A DNA stretch of 64,000 nucleotides, from the NCBI GenBank assembly GCA_964016885.1, contig OZ024742.1, positions 98,890,001 to 98,954,000 on the forward strand, given 5' to 3'. The notes below the pieces were generated by a model, which worked only from the letters and a program-made list of their open reading frames with translations, was not told the origin of the DNA and did no database searches. This document shows, in pieces, positions 1 to 13,364 of this stretch (the stretch's first letter is position 1; every line of letters begins with the position of its first letter). This DNA is from Eledone cirrhosa (lineage: Eukaryota). The position numbers and the translations under genes are program-made.

Positions 1-1935
1 TATTGCAGGGGTATATTTCAGGGGGACACTCTCTCTGTGATATTATTCATCTTGTCATTAAACCCCTTGTCCTTTCTGCTCAAGAAATGTGAGGGATACA
101 TCATTGGCTCACAGGAGAACAGAAATACGAACCTAGCCCATAATTTCTTTGTGGACGATCTGAAACTCTATGCCAAGAACATGAATGGGATGAGGAAAAA
201 TCTTGACCTGGTTACAACGTTCTCAAAGGATATAGGAATGCAGTTTGGCCAAGATAAATGCTCATACATGACTGTAAAGCGGGGAAAACAACAACCCAAT
301 CTAGGAACATTGTCATCAATGGCCTAACTGTTTCACCGACATCTGAGGACTGCTACAGATACCTGGGGATAGATGAGAACATATCCTATAATGGTATCTG
401 TAATAAAGAACGCGTAACCAGGGAATTCTACAGCCGAATAAGAAAGATCTGGTCATCGGAACTCTCTGCGCAAAACAAAACAATGGCTCACAATGTGTTT
501 GCTGTGCCTGTCCTACCACCAACGTTTGGAATACTCAATTAGACGATAGACGAAATCCGAGCAGTTGATGTTGGAACTCGAAAAATACTGAACAACACCG
601 GAAACTTCCACATCAACAGTGATATAGACCGCCTTTACTTGAAACGTAAGCAGGGAGGCAGAGGCCTAACATTAGTCTAGACAACATTTGAATGTCGCAT
701 CATATCTCTCCGACAACATCTACGAACCTCGAAGCGTAGGAGCCCGATTCTCGAGCAAATCTATCTGCATGAAACAGATAAGATCCTGAGAGTTGGGAAG
801 GAACTCCTCGAGAGATATTCCCTGTGTGATAATCAAAATCCTACACCCAGGGATGTCGCTCAGCAGTATCGCAGTGACTCCATGGATAAAAAACTGCATG
901 TCTATCAGCAAAAAATCATGCATTGATATGTTGCCAGGAAGCTCCAGAGTGAGAGTAATATAGATAAGGAAAGTAGGCTATCTTGGACCAACAACCGCTA
1001 TATTGGCTCCACTTTGAAGGATAAGCTTTTGCAATCCAGGAATAGGAGATTAGCACGAAATACCTGATTCACAAAAGAGATAGGGATGCAGGCAAAACAC
1101 CTTGATGTGATACCAAGTGCAGACTCTGCAGAACAAACATCGATGTCATCAGCAGCTGTCCAAAATGTCATCGCGGTACTATCTACCTATGAGGCATGAT
1201 GTTGTGGCCAAAACTCTGTACAATGCTGTTCGTAAAAAAGATAGCCCCAATAATAAACACATTAAAAGCTACAGCAATGTGGAACACATCCATGTACATA
1301 ATATGAAAGAGTACTGTTGGAATGTTCCAGTAAAAACCCCAATAAAATGAAAGCATAACAGACCAGACATTATGATATGGGACAGGGAGAAGAAAGCATG
1401 CACAGTAGTGGGAATTAGCTGCCCAGCAGATGCCAATATAATATCAAGGATTAGTGAAAAGGAGATTATTTATGCAGAACTGATGAGAAATCTGCAGATA
1501 CTCCAACCTGATTACACCTTCAGATTTATGCCTGTGATTATTGGGGCACTGGGATATGTTAGTAACTGCCTCAATACAAATCTTGAGAAGCTAGGCTTCA
1601 CAGGAACAGAAAGAACACAACTAGTTAGGAAATTACAAGTACAATCCATTAATGGAACAGTAAAAATATGTAAAACATTCCAAAAATGTTGCATCTAATA
1701 ACTGCATATACACATGTACAGATGCAAAGCATATACACATGTACACATACAACTCAAAACATCCACATCCACACATACAATAACATCATATCTACACATG
1801 CATGCATACATACATATCTACCTAGTTGATGTTGTGTAAATTCCAATGAGAGAGTCTTGTGTCTATGTTAGAAACCGACTCTCTCGCTATTTGTAAAACT
1901 TTGTGAAATTATAAAACCAGAAGAACATACATACA
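1..1935 (+). mobile_element. Decayed RLE-type non-LTR retrotransposon (R4/Dong-like), 3' part
   Basis: RT motifs GIFQGDTLS and FFVDDLKLY, YRYLG, GGRGL, a CCHC-like zinc knuckle (CRLC...RHD), restriction-like endonuclease segment (RPDIMIWD...ISCP...PVIIGALG), then a 3' UTR ending in TACA repeats. Stops and frameshifts throughout. Confidence 0.85.
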
Positions 1936-2073
1936 TGCTTGTATATATACATATGTGGTTTAGAATTTCCCTTCAGAATCTGGTAGATTCGGAGTCACTT
2001 CCAATTGCTAAGTGACAACTTACTAATGCCTCCTCTATTTGATCATGATAGATAGAAACTGTACGGAAGACCA

Positions 2074-2292
<219 letters not shown>

Positions 2293-2812
2293 CAATTAAT
2301 TGTGTATGTGTCTTTATATGTGTGTGTGTTTATGTGAGCGTGTGTGTAAAGTATAGTCCGAATTAAGTGTCCTTTCAATTTCAGCTGGTTATTGTTCATC
2401 ATCAGAAATATGTAATTCTGCGATCTTTATGTTGGCGTCAGCGTCACTTAATCGTGGCATATGTGGATAATTCGGTTTGAATATACGAAATAATACAATT
2501 GAAAAAGATAGAAATGAAAAATAAAAAAAGAAGGAAGTGGAAAAATGTTTTAAAAATGGGTAGAAAAAGAATGTCTATTGAGGTCCCAATTATGTTCTAA
2601 AATCAATTAAAGATATGTATCATATATCTTTCAATTTACAGGGAATTTCATATATTTCGGAATGTCTACGTGCCAACATATTAAACATCTGTTTATACAC
2701 ATTACTGCAGTCTCAGTCAACCACGATGTACAGATATAATTCTAACGATCATTTCGGCTGTTAGCGCAAATCTTTCACATCAAGAATCTTGCACAACAAA
2801 TATACTAACTAA

Positions 2813-3164
<352 letters not shown>

Positions 3165-3939
3165 CGGGAACTTCAGTATAAAACACACGTCCAAGTCCAA
3201 TCGCTAATATCTCTAACTGTAATAGACTTATAGTTACACATGACCTCCTAACAACCAACACAACCAAAATGGGTATATAGAGAGAAAGTGTTGAAACAAT
3301 GGTGCAACAACGATTACGTATGTAACATTGCCTTGCAGTGCTGAATCCAAAGGTCCACGTCTCTATATAGCATAGGTTAATTTATTCAATACACAATGGT
3401 GACTTCCCCAAGACGCAGGACTCAAATACATAAAATCCTGTCATGTGTGTGTATATACATAAAGTTATGACTCACTACACGACTGAAAATAATTTTTAAA
3501 ATGGAGATACGTATAGGAGCGGATAATTAGGTTAGACAGATGAAACTATGTTCATATTTTTTGCTGGTCATGTGGATGGGGGATTAGCAGTATCGCTATA
3601 GGGGCTTGAGTTTAATTTGCACTGATAAAATTACATAGCAGAGATCGATTTAATCAGCTTTTCCTCCCGGTACATTGACTGAAGTAGACCATTTTATCTG
3701 CTGGTATCAAAGCTTGCAAGAAGGTGGGATATGAACTCAGAACACCCAGCCTTGTATCAGATAATGCAACATTTTTTCCCCCTATTATTTACAATTCTTT
3801 TAATCTATAATCACAAAAGGATGAAAGGCAAAGTCTCCTTTGATCTCAGAACGCAGTGAGACACAACAAGCACCGAGTTATTTATTTCAGAAACGTAAGG
3901 ACATTGGCAATACAATATCTTTACTTATATCATATATCA

Positions 3940-4125
3940 TTTTCAATTTATGCTGAAAGGATGTCGATCATACCTCCCTCAGTATTTAACTGGTACTTTA
4001 TTTTAATTGATCCGGAAGGATGAAAGGCAAACTTAACCGCGGTCGGGTTTGAACTGTGTGCGTAGAAATTCGTGTCTAAATACCTCAAAACATTTTCTCC
4101 CACGCTCTAATGTTTCTGGCAATAC
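3940..4125 (-). mobile_element. tRNA-derived SINE (Octopus OK-like), degenerate
   Basis: Reverse complement of the core gttcaaa.cc...ggttaa.tttgcctttcatcc...aaaataaagtaccagt also seen at 27250, 57895, 58085 and 59300. Confidence 0.65.
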
Positions 4126-4603
4126 ACATACCTCTACGTAATGGAAAATAATAGTAGGTTACATATATGTAGTGGAAATATATCTATAATACGACGTCGA
4201 AAAATCAATATTGGAAATTTTAAATTTGAAGTGATGAAGGAAACATTAATAAATTGCAATTCTTAACTGATAATACGATGTTGAATTACTTTCAGTATTA
4301 TCTTTCTAAGAAAAACGTATTGATATATTCTCTTTACATTTTCCTATCAAAGAAAATGTATAAATGTCCTCAGGCATACTGAAATTTTAGTTTACATACC
4401 GACTTTGATATATTTAGAGAAAATATTCTTCAGGTATGTAAACATACACCAACTCGGGCGCAGGCATGGCTGTGTGGTTAAGGAGTTTAAACCCACTCTG
4501 GAGCAACAGGTATCTTCTACTAAAGTCTTGGGTCGACCAAAACTTTATGAGGGAAACACGTAAGATAGAATCCTGTCATGTGTGTGTATATATATATATA
4601 TAT

Positions 4604-4661
<58 letters not shown>

Positions 4662-4814
4662 ACATATATATTTACATCTATATAGAAAGAGAGAGAAAGA
4701 GAAGCGGGAATAGAGAGAGAGAGAGAGATATAGAGACAGAGGAAGAGGGTGAGCGTAGGTATATATGTAGTATAAGACCAATATAGTTTCTAAACACCCT
4801 ATACAATGCGGTAG

Positions 4815-5012
4815 AAAATTACGAAGAGAAAATGATGACAAATGAATCAAAACAAAACAAAGTAATGTTTTAGCCAGTGTATCTTAACATATTTCATGGC
4901 TACAGCCCTCGTTTCAGGTGTGAAGTGGGTAATAGCGCTGAAATATCAGTCTAAATACACTGGGGAAAACATTACTTTGTTTGTTTCATTTGTCATAATT
5001 TGCTTTTCTTAT
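4815..5012. repeat. Imperfect inverted repeat
   Basis: atgacaaatgaa...caaagtaatgtttt..ccagtgtat versus atacactgg..aaaacattactttg...ttcatttgtcat. Confidence 0.6.
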
Positions 5013-6162
5013 ACTTGAAAAAAATCCCTCTAAGCAAACATTTCGAAGAATGCAGAGGAAGAACTCTACCAAATTTTTTTCTTTTCCCGTTTTACCAATC
5101 CGATTATAAAATCACAGAACAAGGTAAAATTAATAAAGAGAAAATGTTAATCAGAAAATTCAAACCATTTTGAAACACACAACATATTTTTTTTTTTCAA
5201 CACTAAGGGAAAGTAGAGTTGCGTCCCTTCTCACAAATTTAATAACTATGTTTCATACTCAAGCGACAGCAAACCTAAGAAACCAGATGTATCCATTACT
5301 CCTTCATGCTGTTTTACAATCGTAAAACAGCATGCACGAGTCGGTCGAAAGGACAATTTAACGTAAAAAGAATGTTTTGAAAACCTAAAAATGGAGAAGG
5401 CAAGCTTCGTCAACATCAATTTTCTGTACATGTTATAAAGATCCACTGTTATATATATATAGCAGGTGCGCTATTCAAACCCGCCTTTTTACTATTGACG
5501 AGAAACCGCTTTGTGGACAATATAAACATTTTTTTTTTTTTTTATTTGTCATGCAATGTAGATGGGAAAGGTACCGAAGTATTTATAATCGGACAAGTCT
5601 ATGAAAATGATATTTTCCTTAAAATGTGCATAGTGCTAATTTTGTATAATACTAATCTTGCAGCTTATTCCCAACCGCTTTAAGAAGTCTTGGAATTTGA
5701 ATAGGATTGACCCTAATTTCCCGATCACAAATGGTATCTCGAATTCCAAACAGCCATGCCATCTCCAGTTTTTTTTGTTTACTATATTAATATAAGTAAG
5801 CTGACTTTACAGCAGAGCATATTTTATCGTATTCTATTGTCCCGAACAATTATACGAATTCATTTTTTTTTTGTGTGTTTGAATGTAGATGAGTACGTAT
5901 ATATATGTATGTATAAATGTATGTATTTATATATGTATGTGTCTATATATATATATATTCATGGATGTATACATGTAAGTCTGTGTTTATGCGCATATCA
6001 AAGTTCTGAATGTAGTTAGATAAACTGAATATTTAGTATGCTTTCTGTGTAGGGTGCAAAGACTGATTTCTGATAGTGAATCTCCAAAATTCCGTGAGAT
6101 TTCACTTAGAAGATTCCTTCAGAAAGATTAAATGTTATTTAACAGTGAAATGTGTTCTCTCC

Positions 6163-6199
<37 letters not shown>

Positions 6200-6253
6200 A
6201 ATATATATATATTTATCTCTCCCTCTCTCTTTCTCTCTATTTCTCTCTCTCTT

Positions 6254-6289
<36 letters not shown>

Positions 6290-6358
6290 CATATATATTT
6301 ATATATTTATATTTATATATTATTATATATATATACACACGCACACACCAAACAGGCG

Positions 6359-6392
<34 letters not shown>

Positions 6393-6838
6393 TATGTATA
6401 TATATTTCTCTCTCTCACTCTCTCTCTCTCTTTCTTTATCTCGCTCTCTCTCACTCGCCCTCTCTAATATACGTGCATGTTTATATCATATGCAGGTTTT
6501 AAGTACATAAATACATGTTTACATGCATGCACACTACAGAAATATGCACACGTATATAGATGTTCATGCTTTTGCATGTGTTCCAGACATTGCTTATACG
6601 CTATATTCATGCAAGTACGTGTATGTGCAAGTGTTGATTTGTGTTTGCATAAGTTTGTGTTTGCATACGAAATCGTGTGTTTATGTGTGTTTGTGTATTT
6701 ACTTTTATACGCTTTTGTCTACATTTCATGTAAACATTTTATTCCTTTCCTTGCATTATATATATGTGTGCTATATATATACTCCGTTTTTAAATTTGTT
6801 TTGCAAGCTTTCTTATCTGAAAACGTGTGTTGAAACAG

Positions 6839-7346
6839 ATATTGTTATACTTTGGGATGGTCGTGCTGCCAATAAAAACGCACACGCACCTGTTGGTTTT
6901 CTCGTCAGTTTATTATAAATTTCCGGTTGATCAGTTGGTTCGATATCCGGATGGTTGTTTATATCTTGTCAAAGCGCTTTCGTCACACAATATGTGACCT
7001 CCTCAGTGACTACATTTTTATATTATGTCCCTCCTTTGTTCTGTCCTACACCATTTTGTAAATAAACACATAAATAAACGCACACACACACACACGGATG
7101 TAACGCATGCGCAAAGTAAGCACACAAAAACAAGAATGTGGCAGGACAGAACAAAGGAGAGATACAAAAAATAAAAACCTAGTCATTGAGGAGGTCACCG
7201 AATGTGTTAAGAAAGAGCTTTGACAGTATATAAATAACCACCCGGTTAGCGAACCAAACGCTATTTTATAATACAATGAAGTGTAACAATTGCGTGGTGC
7301 GTGTATTTTTTATTTACAGAATGACCCTCCCAAAGTATAACAATAT
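6839..7346. mobile_element. Non-autonomous PLE-like element with inverted termini
   Basis: atattgttatactttggga.ggtc at the left end and gaccctcccaaagtataacaatat at the right. The same terminus occurs at 24510-24530, 33167, 53173 and 54045-54069. Two inverted HHR motifs lie inside. Confidence 0.7.
6968..7010 (-). ncRNA. Minimal type I hammerhead ribozyme motif
   Basis: Minus strand: gtca-CTGAGGA-g-gtcaca(tattg)tgtgac-GAAA-gcgc-TT-tgac. Stem I gtca/tgac, 6-bp stem II, palindromic loop III. A degenerate inverted copy lies at 7182-7224. Confidence 0.75.
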
Positions 7347-7640
7347 ATATATATATGTGTGTGGGGGGGGGGGGGTGCTTGTCTGTGTGTGTATGTGTGT
7401 GCGTATGTGCGGCTTGTCGGTGTGTGTGTGTGTGTGTGTGTGCTTGTCTTTGTGTGTTTGTGTGTGTGTGTGTCTGTGTGTGCATGTGTACGTGTGTGTA
7501 TGTGCTCTGGTGGGTGACTGTGTGCAAATGGATGTGTATAAGTTAAAGATTTCCGCATAACATCAAATAATGGAACATGAAGCGTCGCACTCTAGCAATA
7601 ATAACTGCTGATGCTGCTGCTGATGCTACTACTACTACTG

Positions 7641-7685
<45 letters not shown>

Positions 7686-7973
7686 TAGCTGCGGATGCTG
7701 CTGCTGTGGAAGAACCAACAGCAGGCAACTCAATCAAATCTAAGTTATTCTCTGTTATATTCTAAATTCTATTTCCTCACGGAAATTCTCTAAACAATAT
7801 ATAAACAGTTTCTGGATAGACTAAAATAAATATTGAAAGAAAATATATAATATAACAACGGCAAAAGCAATGAGTAACAAGTAACATGTGTATGTGTGTA
7901 GTGGACGTGCTTTGTCCATATAAACATGCAGATATATATATATATGCATGCAAACTTACATTCACACATACGT

Positions 7974-8008
<35 letters not shown>

Positions 8009-8041
8009 TGTATATATGCATGAATATACACACACAATGAC

Positions 8042-8091
<50 letters not shown>

Positions 8092-8573
8092 ATGTGTGTG
8101 TGTGTATACATACATACATATGCACACATATGTACATATAGATACAAACGTTCGTGTATATCCAAGCCTTGAAAATTTACTCTTAAAATTGGTTCAGAAA
8201 TTTTATTGATTTTTCTACATTAGATAATGGAATCTCCCTGTTTACTTTTTAAATATATAATTCTTTCTTTTGTTTAAATACAAAAGATGGGGTGTTTGTT
8301 GTGTGCTAGTGTTTGGGAAAGGAGTTCTTGTTCGTTACTTGTGTTTATTGATTTTTGTTGTTTTTGATTTTCTTTGTTTGGTTTGGTGTCGGAGGAGGGA
8401 TTGGAATAGTTAGACATGATGTTGTTACGAATGAAATGTTATTTGGCGAATGCCATGTGTGTGTTGGTGGGGGAGAGGATTGCTTGTGTATGTTGTAGTT
8501 GGATTAGTTGGTTGGTTGGTTCAGAGAAACATTCAAAATATGATTATTTACCAACACCATCACTATCATCACT

Positions 8574-8616
<43 letters not shown>

Positions 8617-9499
8617 CCATCATGTTCACCATTAACTCAATGGTCGCCATCAATATAGTCATCAATACAGAGATGGCCATTGTCATCATCATGCTCATCT
8701 TCATGGTCTATCTCATCATCCTCGTCGTCAATATCGTCATAATCACCATCATCATCCACTAAACCTGTGTTCACCTGCATATGACTCCAGGGCCAGATCT
8801 GGGATGCAATCAAATACCGGCATATCATAATTATCCCGTGCACCAAACTGTTGTGTGTTGTAAAATTGTTTTATTCGCCTCAGTTTATTTCATTGATTTC
8901 GTAGAGGTGATATGCAAAACTTATAAAGATTGAGCTTAGACTGTAAAGACAATTCAATCCTGTATGGTAAACCTTCTCAAATATTTGATTTCACAACCAG
9001 CAACTGCCTGGTTTATATTTCTATATTCAGTTTCAACACAAATTATTCGTTCATTTAAACAGCCGTTCGTTTTCTATGTGTCGTGTGTGAATGACATATA
9101 TCTAGTAGTCATTATACTGAATCAGGCACTACTGGATGTATGAGATATCTGACCATCAGTTTACGTGATTCAGCCGGTTTGTTATATTATTAAAGGGCTT
9201 AATGCATACAAGTTAGTTAATTAACGCTTTTGGATGATCCGCCAAATGTGTGCTACGCTGCACCCGGGGCGAAAACAACACTGTTCATAAGCTAGCTTGG
9301 ACATGATAATTTCGTCGCATCTCTTTGCCACACACTTAGATTTTGCCGGGGATGTTCAACAAAGAGTACCCTCAGTAATAGGAACAATCTCTTATGTCTC
9401 TATTCTTGAAACTTGGGAATATCATGTCTCCATTCTTGAAACTTGCAATTTTCACTCCCGATTGCCTTTGCTCAGATACTTATCCGGAGAGCCAGACCA

Positions 9500-9700
9500 C
9501 CCGCGACACACAAGTCAGGTAGAGAATACCTTCACTATTTAGAGCTTTTAACACCACGAGCTGGATTTTATATTTCCCAGTGGCCTTGTCACTTTTGAGC
9601 TTTTTACCTACTTTTCTGATCTCAGTCTCTGAGAGATTACCCAACACTTGGAAATGATGGTAAGAGTGGAGAGAGAAGTGCCTCCCTCCCTTCAGTACAT
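9500..9700 (-). mobile_element. Short LINE ORF2 remnant
   Basis: EIRKVGKKLKSDKATG...IQLVVLKAL resembles the KA.G.D.I segment that precedes LINE RT. Confidence 0.35.
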
Positions 9701-9909
9701 TTGTGTTGACAATGGGCCTGTAGACGGGGAAGATAAAAGGCGAAAGGTGCACCTTCCTAGGTGGAGATGAAAGTGGGTCAGGATTCGTGGAGTTCCTAAC
9801 GCATCCTTGGTGATATTCCCCCTGTATGGCATTTTTGTTGTTTTTATCGTATTGTTAATTGTTTTTGATGCATTGTTTTTACACAGATTTATGTAAACTT
9901 CCACTGTTA

Positions 9910-10885
9910 CCAGTTAGAAGGTCCTCTGGAGTAGGCAGGCTATTTCTTTCTCGTCGAACCCAAGAATCTCTCCAAGAGCGTCGTCGCACTTGCCCACAGC
10001 TATATCTCGATAGAACGCCCGAGTGGAATTTTCACTGATCGCATTGCCCGATTAGTAGAGGGCTGTAAACGCCTGGCAACATTCCAGATACCAGTTTCGA
10101 TGTACGCTTGACTCATGAGTGCATGTCTTCCATGTAAAGGGTCTTGGCAGCAAATGGACTGCCTCACAAATGGGACATGTACCTTCTACAAAAAGTTTAA
10201 GAGCAGGCGAAAAGGCATGACATAGAAGCGGTTATAGACGGCTGAAACGTACAGATTCACCACCTCCACCCGAACTTTCAGGATAGTTTCGTCTCTGCCA
10301 TTTCTGAGTGAGAGAAGCCACCCTACTCATCACTTTCTCCTAGTTGTTATCTATCTGAAGGTCTGGACCGAACAATTCTCCAAGCAAATTGACCGGTCTG
10401 CATATGATGATATGGCATGGCATGGATTTGCCTATCCAGGTACTGAGCTGCAAGCCCACTGACTTGTCCGTAGTGATCTTTGCTCCTATCAAACAATCAT
10501 ATTCCTCGAGATAATTCTGATCATCTCGATTTACGACCTATTCGACACCATCACAGGGACGTTGTCCGCATATGCCGACGCAGCTGTTTGAGCGGGTTTA
10601 CCTAAACAGCTCCAGCTTCCTCAGTAAACGATTGAAAATCAATACAAAATGAAGTGGGGAGAGAGATCACCCTTGGCCAACCTAAAATGGTTCCAAAAGG
10701 GGGCCATTTACTTTGACCACCAAGCAGACGCTGTTGAACGTTGCAATGATCTAGCCTATGAAAAGGGAGACAAAGCCAGGCCCCTTGAGGCCACACTCCA
10801 AGTATCGATGGTCGACCAGTTCGATTGATCCGAATTGATCAGAGCACCACCAGGTTTACGCCCTACCATCTCTATGGTACACCCT
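9910..10885 (-). mobile_element. Highly decayed L1/Tx1-like LINE fragment
   Basis: Shares gagcgtcgtcgcactt, an AYAD-like segment, gatggtcgacc and ttgatcag.gc.ccacca with the elements at 13.4-16.1 kb and 59.5-62.5 kb. Confidence 0.65.
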
Positions 10886-10886
10886 A

Positions 10887-11032
10887 GAAGAAGAAGAAGA
10901 AGAAGAAGAAGAAGAAGAAGAAGAAGAAGAAGAAGAAGAAGAAGAAGAAGAAGAAGAAGAAGAAGAAGAAGAAGAAGAAGAAGAAGAAGAAGAAGAAGAA
11001 GAAGAAGAAGAAGAAGAAGAAGAAGAAGAAGA
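10887..11032. repeat. (GAA)n microsatellite
   Basis: Pure trinucleotide tract. Confidence 0.95.
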
Positions 11033-11803
11033 ATTTATATTATTCCTCGGTGACATGAGAAATAAAGAAGAAAAAAAACATCTAAGATCGAGCAATGGAT
11101 TTCACCATATGATCTCTTACTAGTTGGATCAACTTCGGATGTGTTGGCTCATGTCCCGCTCTTTCACAGAGATGTGTCTAATCAAAACTAAATATCATTT
11201 GATAATATTTATCAAAACATACGAACCAGCTAAGAAAATAAGAACCATCTTTCCAACGGATCAAATCTGATATTTGTATCGCTGGTAGTTTTTTGCTATC
11301 TAATTTGTCATTCTGTACAGGGCATGTTAGTGGTGATTGGTGGCGGTGATGATGGTTGCGGTGGGAGTGGCAATTGAAGTGTTGGAGGATAAAAGTGGTT
11401 ATGGTGGCAGGAGTGCTGCAGTATGTTGTATTGATGGTTGTAGGATACTGTTGTTGTTGTTATGATGATGGTTGTTGTGGTGGCGTTGGTACTAGTGATG
11501 GTGGTGATGGCGGTAGTTGGCTGGCTATCTTGGAGGGGTTAATAGTGTTAATGTTTACAGGTTGAGATTTCGAATCGATCCCATTTAACGTTTCCATTTG
11601 TTTCACTGTGGGGCGGTGTAGTAGGAGAGGAGAAATTGGTTGGGTGGGGTGATAAATTCAGGCATCAATGGCAGACAGGGGAAGAGGAGAGGGAATGGTA
11701 ATATCAATAGGAAAAGATAGAGTAAAATATCAGGAAATGAACGGGGAATGGGAGTGAGGGATACTAAGAAACAGAGATAGTTAGCTGGGTATGTATGTAA
11801 CTA

Positions 11804-11841
<38 letters not shown>

Positions 11842-12617
11842 TGAAGAGAGAACGAGAAATAAATATGGGGAGAGATGGTACCAGAGACTCTGATAGAAGG
11901 ATAGGTGAGGAAACAAGTATACGCCGTAGTTAGTTTGAGACTAAATAAATGATAGGGAGTGATAAATTAAAATAGGAGAGCAAAGAAATAAGAAGAAAAT
12001 TCCTAAAGAAAGAAACATATAGACAACCAGATAGACAACAATCACAAAAGAACAATATTAAGAAATACACGATATATGGGCAAGGCAATAAAAAATGGAA
12101 ACCCAGATGTAGCACTAACCCTAAATCGCAATATATTAAAGCTTGAAACTGACAATAAAAAAAAAAGAAATGTCAAGCATAAGAGGAAGCGAAAAGCGAT
12201 AAACTTTGTACATTAATGTATTGACATACGCTGTGGATTGTGTCCAGTAAATGAGCGAGTTGCGGAATTGATTACTTTCATGGTGACTACACCATGCATC
12301 ACAAGTGCTGGTCATTGATAGGTTAAAAGAAACAACAGTTACAGTACACTTTCTCATCTCTCTCCTCTTCCCCTTTGAATTTCTTACCCTTTTCCTCATA
12401 TGGCTCCTCTCTCTCTTTATCTCATATTTTATCATTCGAACTCACTCATTCAAGCATTTAGTCAAGCCTTCTCTCTCGTTATTCACTCTCATTTAGTTTC
12501 CCCTCTCACTCGCTTGTCTTAACCTAATCTTTTAACACACTCACCCCCACGTTCAACCACTCAGACGTTTAGTCACTCCAGCACTCGCACATCCCTTTTT
12601 CTACTCGACCCCCTCCG

Positions 12618-12703
<86 letters not shown>

Positions 12704-12832
12704 TCTCTCTCTCTCCAGACACAATTCGCATTCACTGTTAATTTTTTTCTGCAAAGGTCGTTATATATATCGTTATATTTTTTTATATTTCATGGTTGAT
12801 TTTTACTATCGGCTTTAATAATATTTGTGTGT

Positions 12833-12871
<39 letters not shown>

Positions 12872-12916
12872 TGGAGATATATGTATATATATATATATGT
12901 GTGTGTGTGTGTATGC

Positions 12917-12952
<36 letters not shown>

Positions 12953-12974
12953 AAGTATGTATGTACATATGTAT

Positions 12975-13032
<58 letters not shown>

Positions 13033-13284
13033 CTGCGTAAATTTATACATTATTTTTATTGATATCTTTATACAATATTTATTTAATTATTTCTTATTTT
13101 TATTTTTATGTTTATCTTTTATATTCGGTAGGGTGTTTGGTTTTACGAGATGTTTCTGTCACCTTTGCCGGATTTCCTCCATCTCGTAAATATCGTATGG
13201 TGTGAAAGATGGTAGAGATATGGAAAGAAAGGAAGAGAGCGACCGAGAGAGGCATTATCGATAGATAAATAGATTGATGGATGC

Positions 13285-13352
<68 letters not shown>

Positions 13353-13364
13353 CTTTCCATAACT

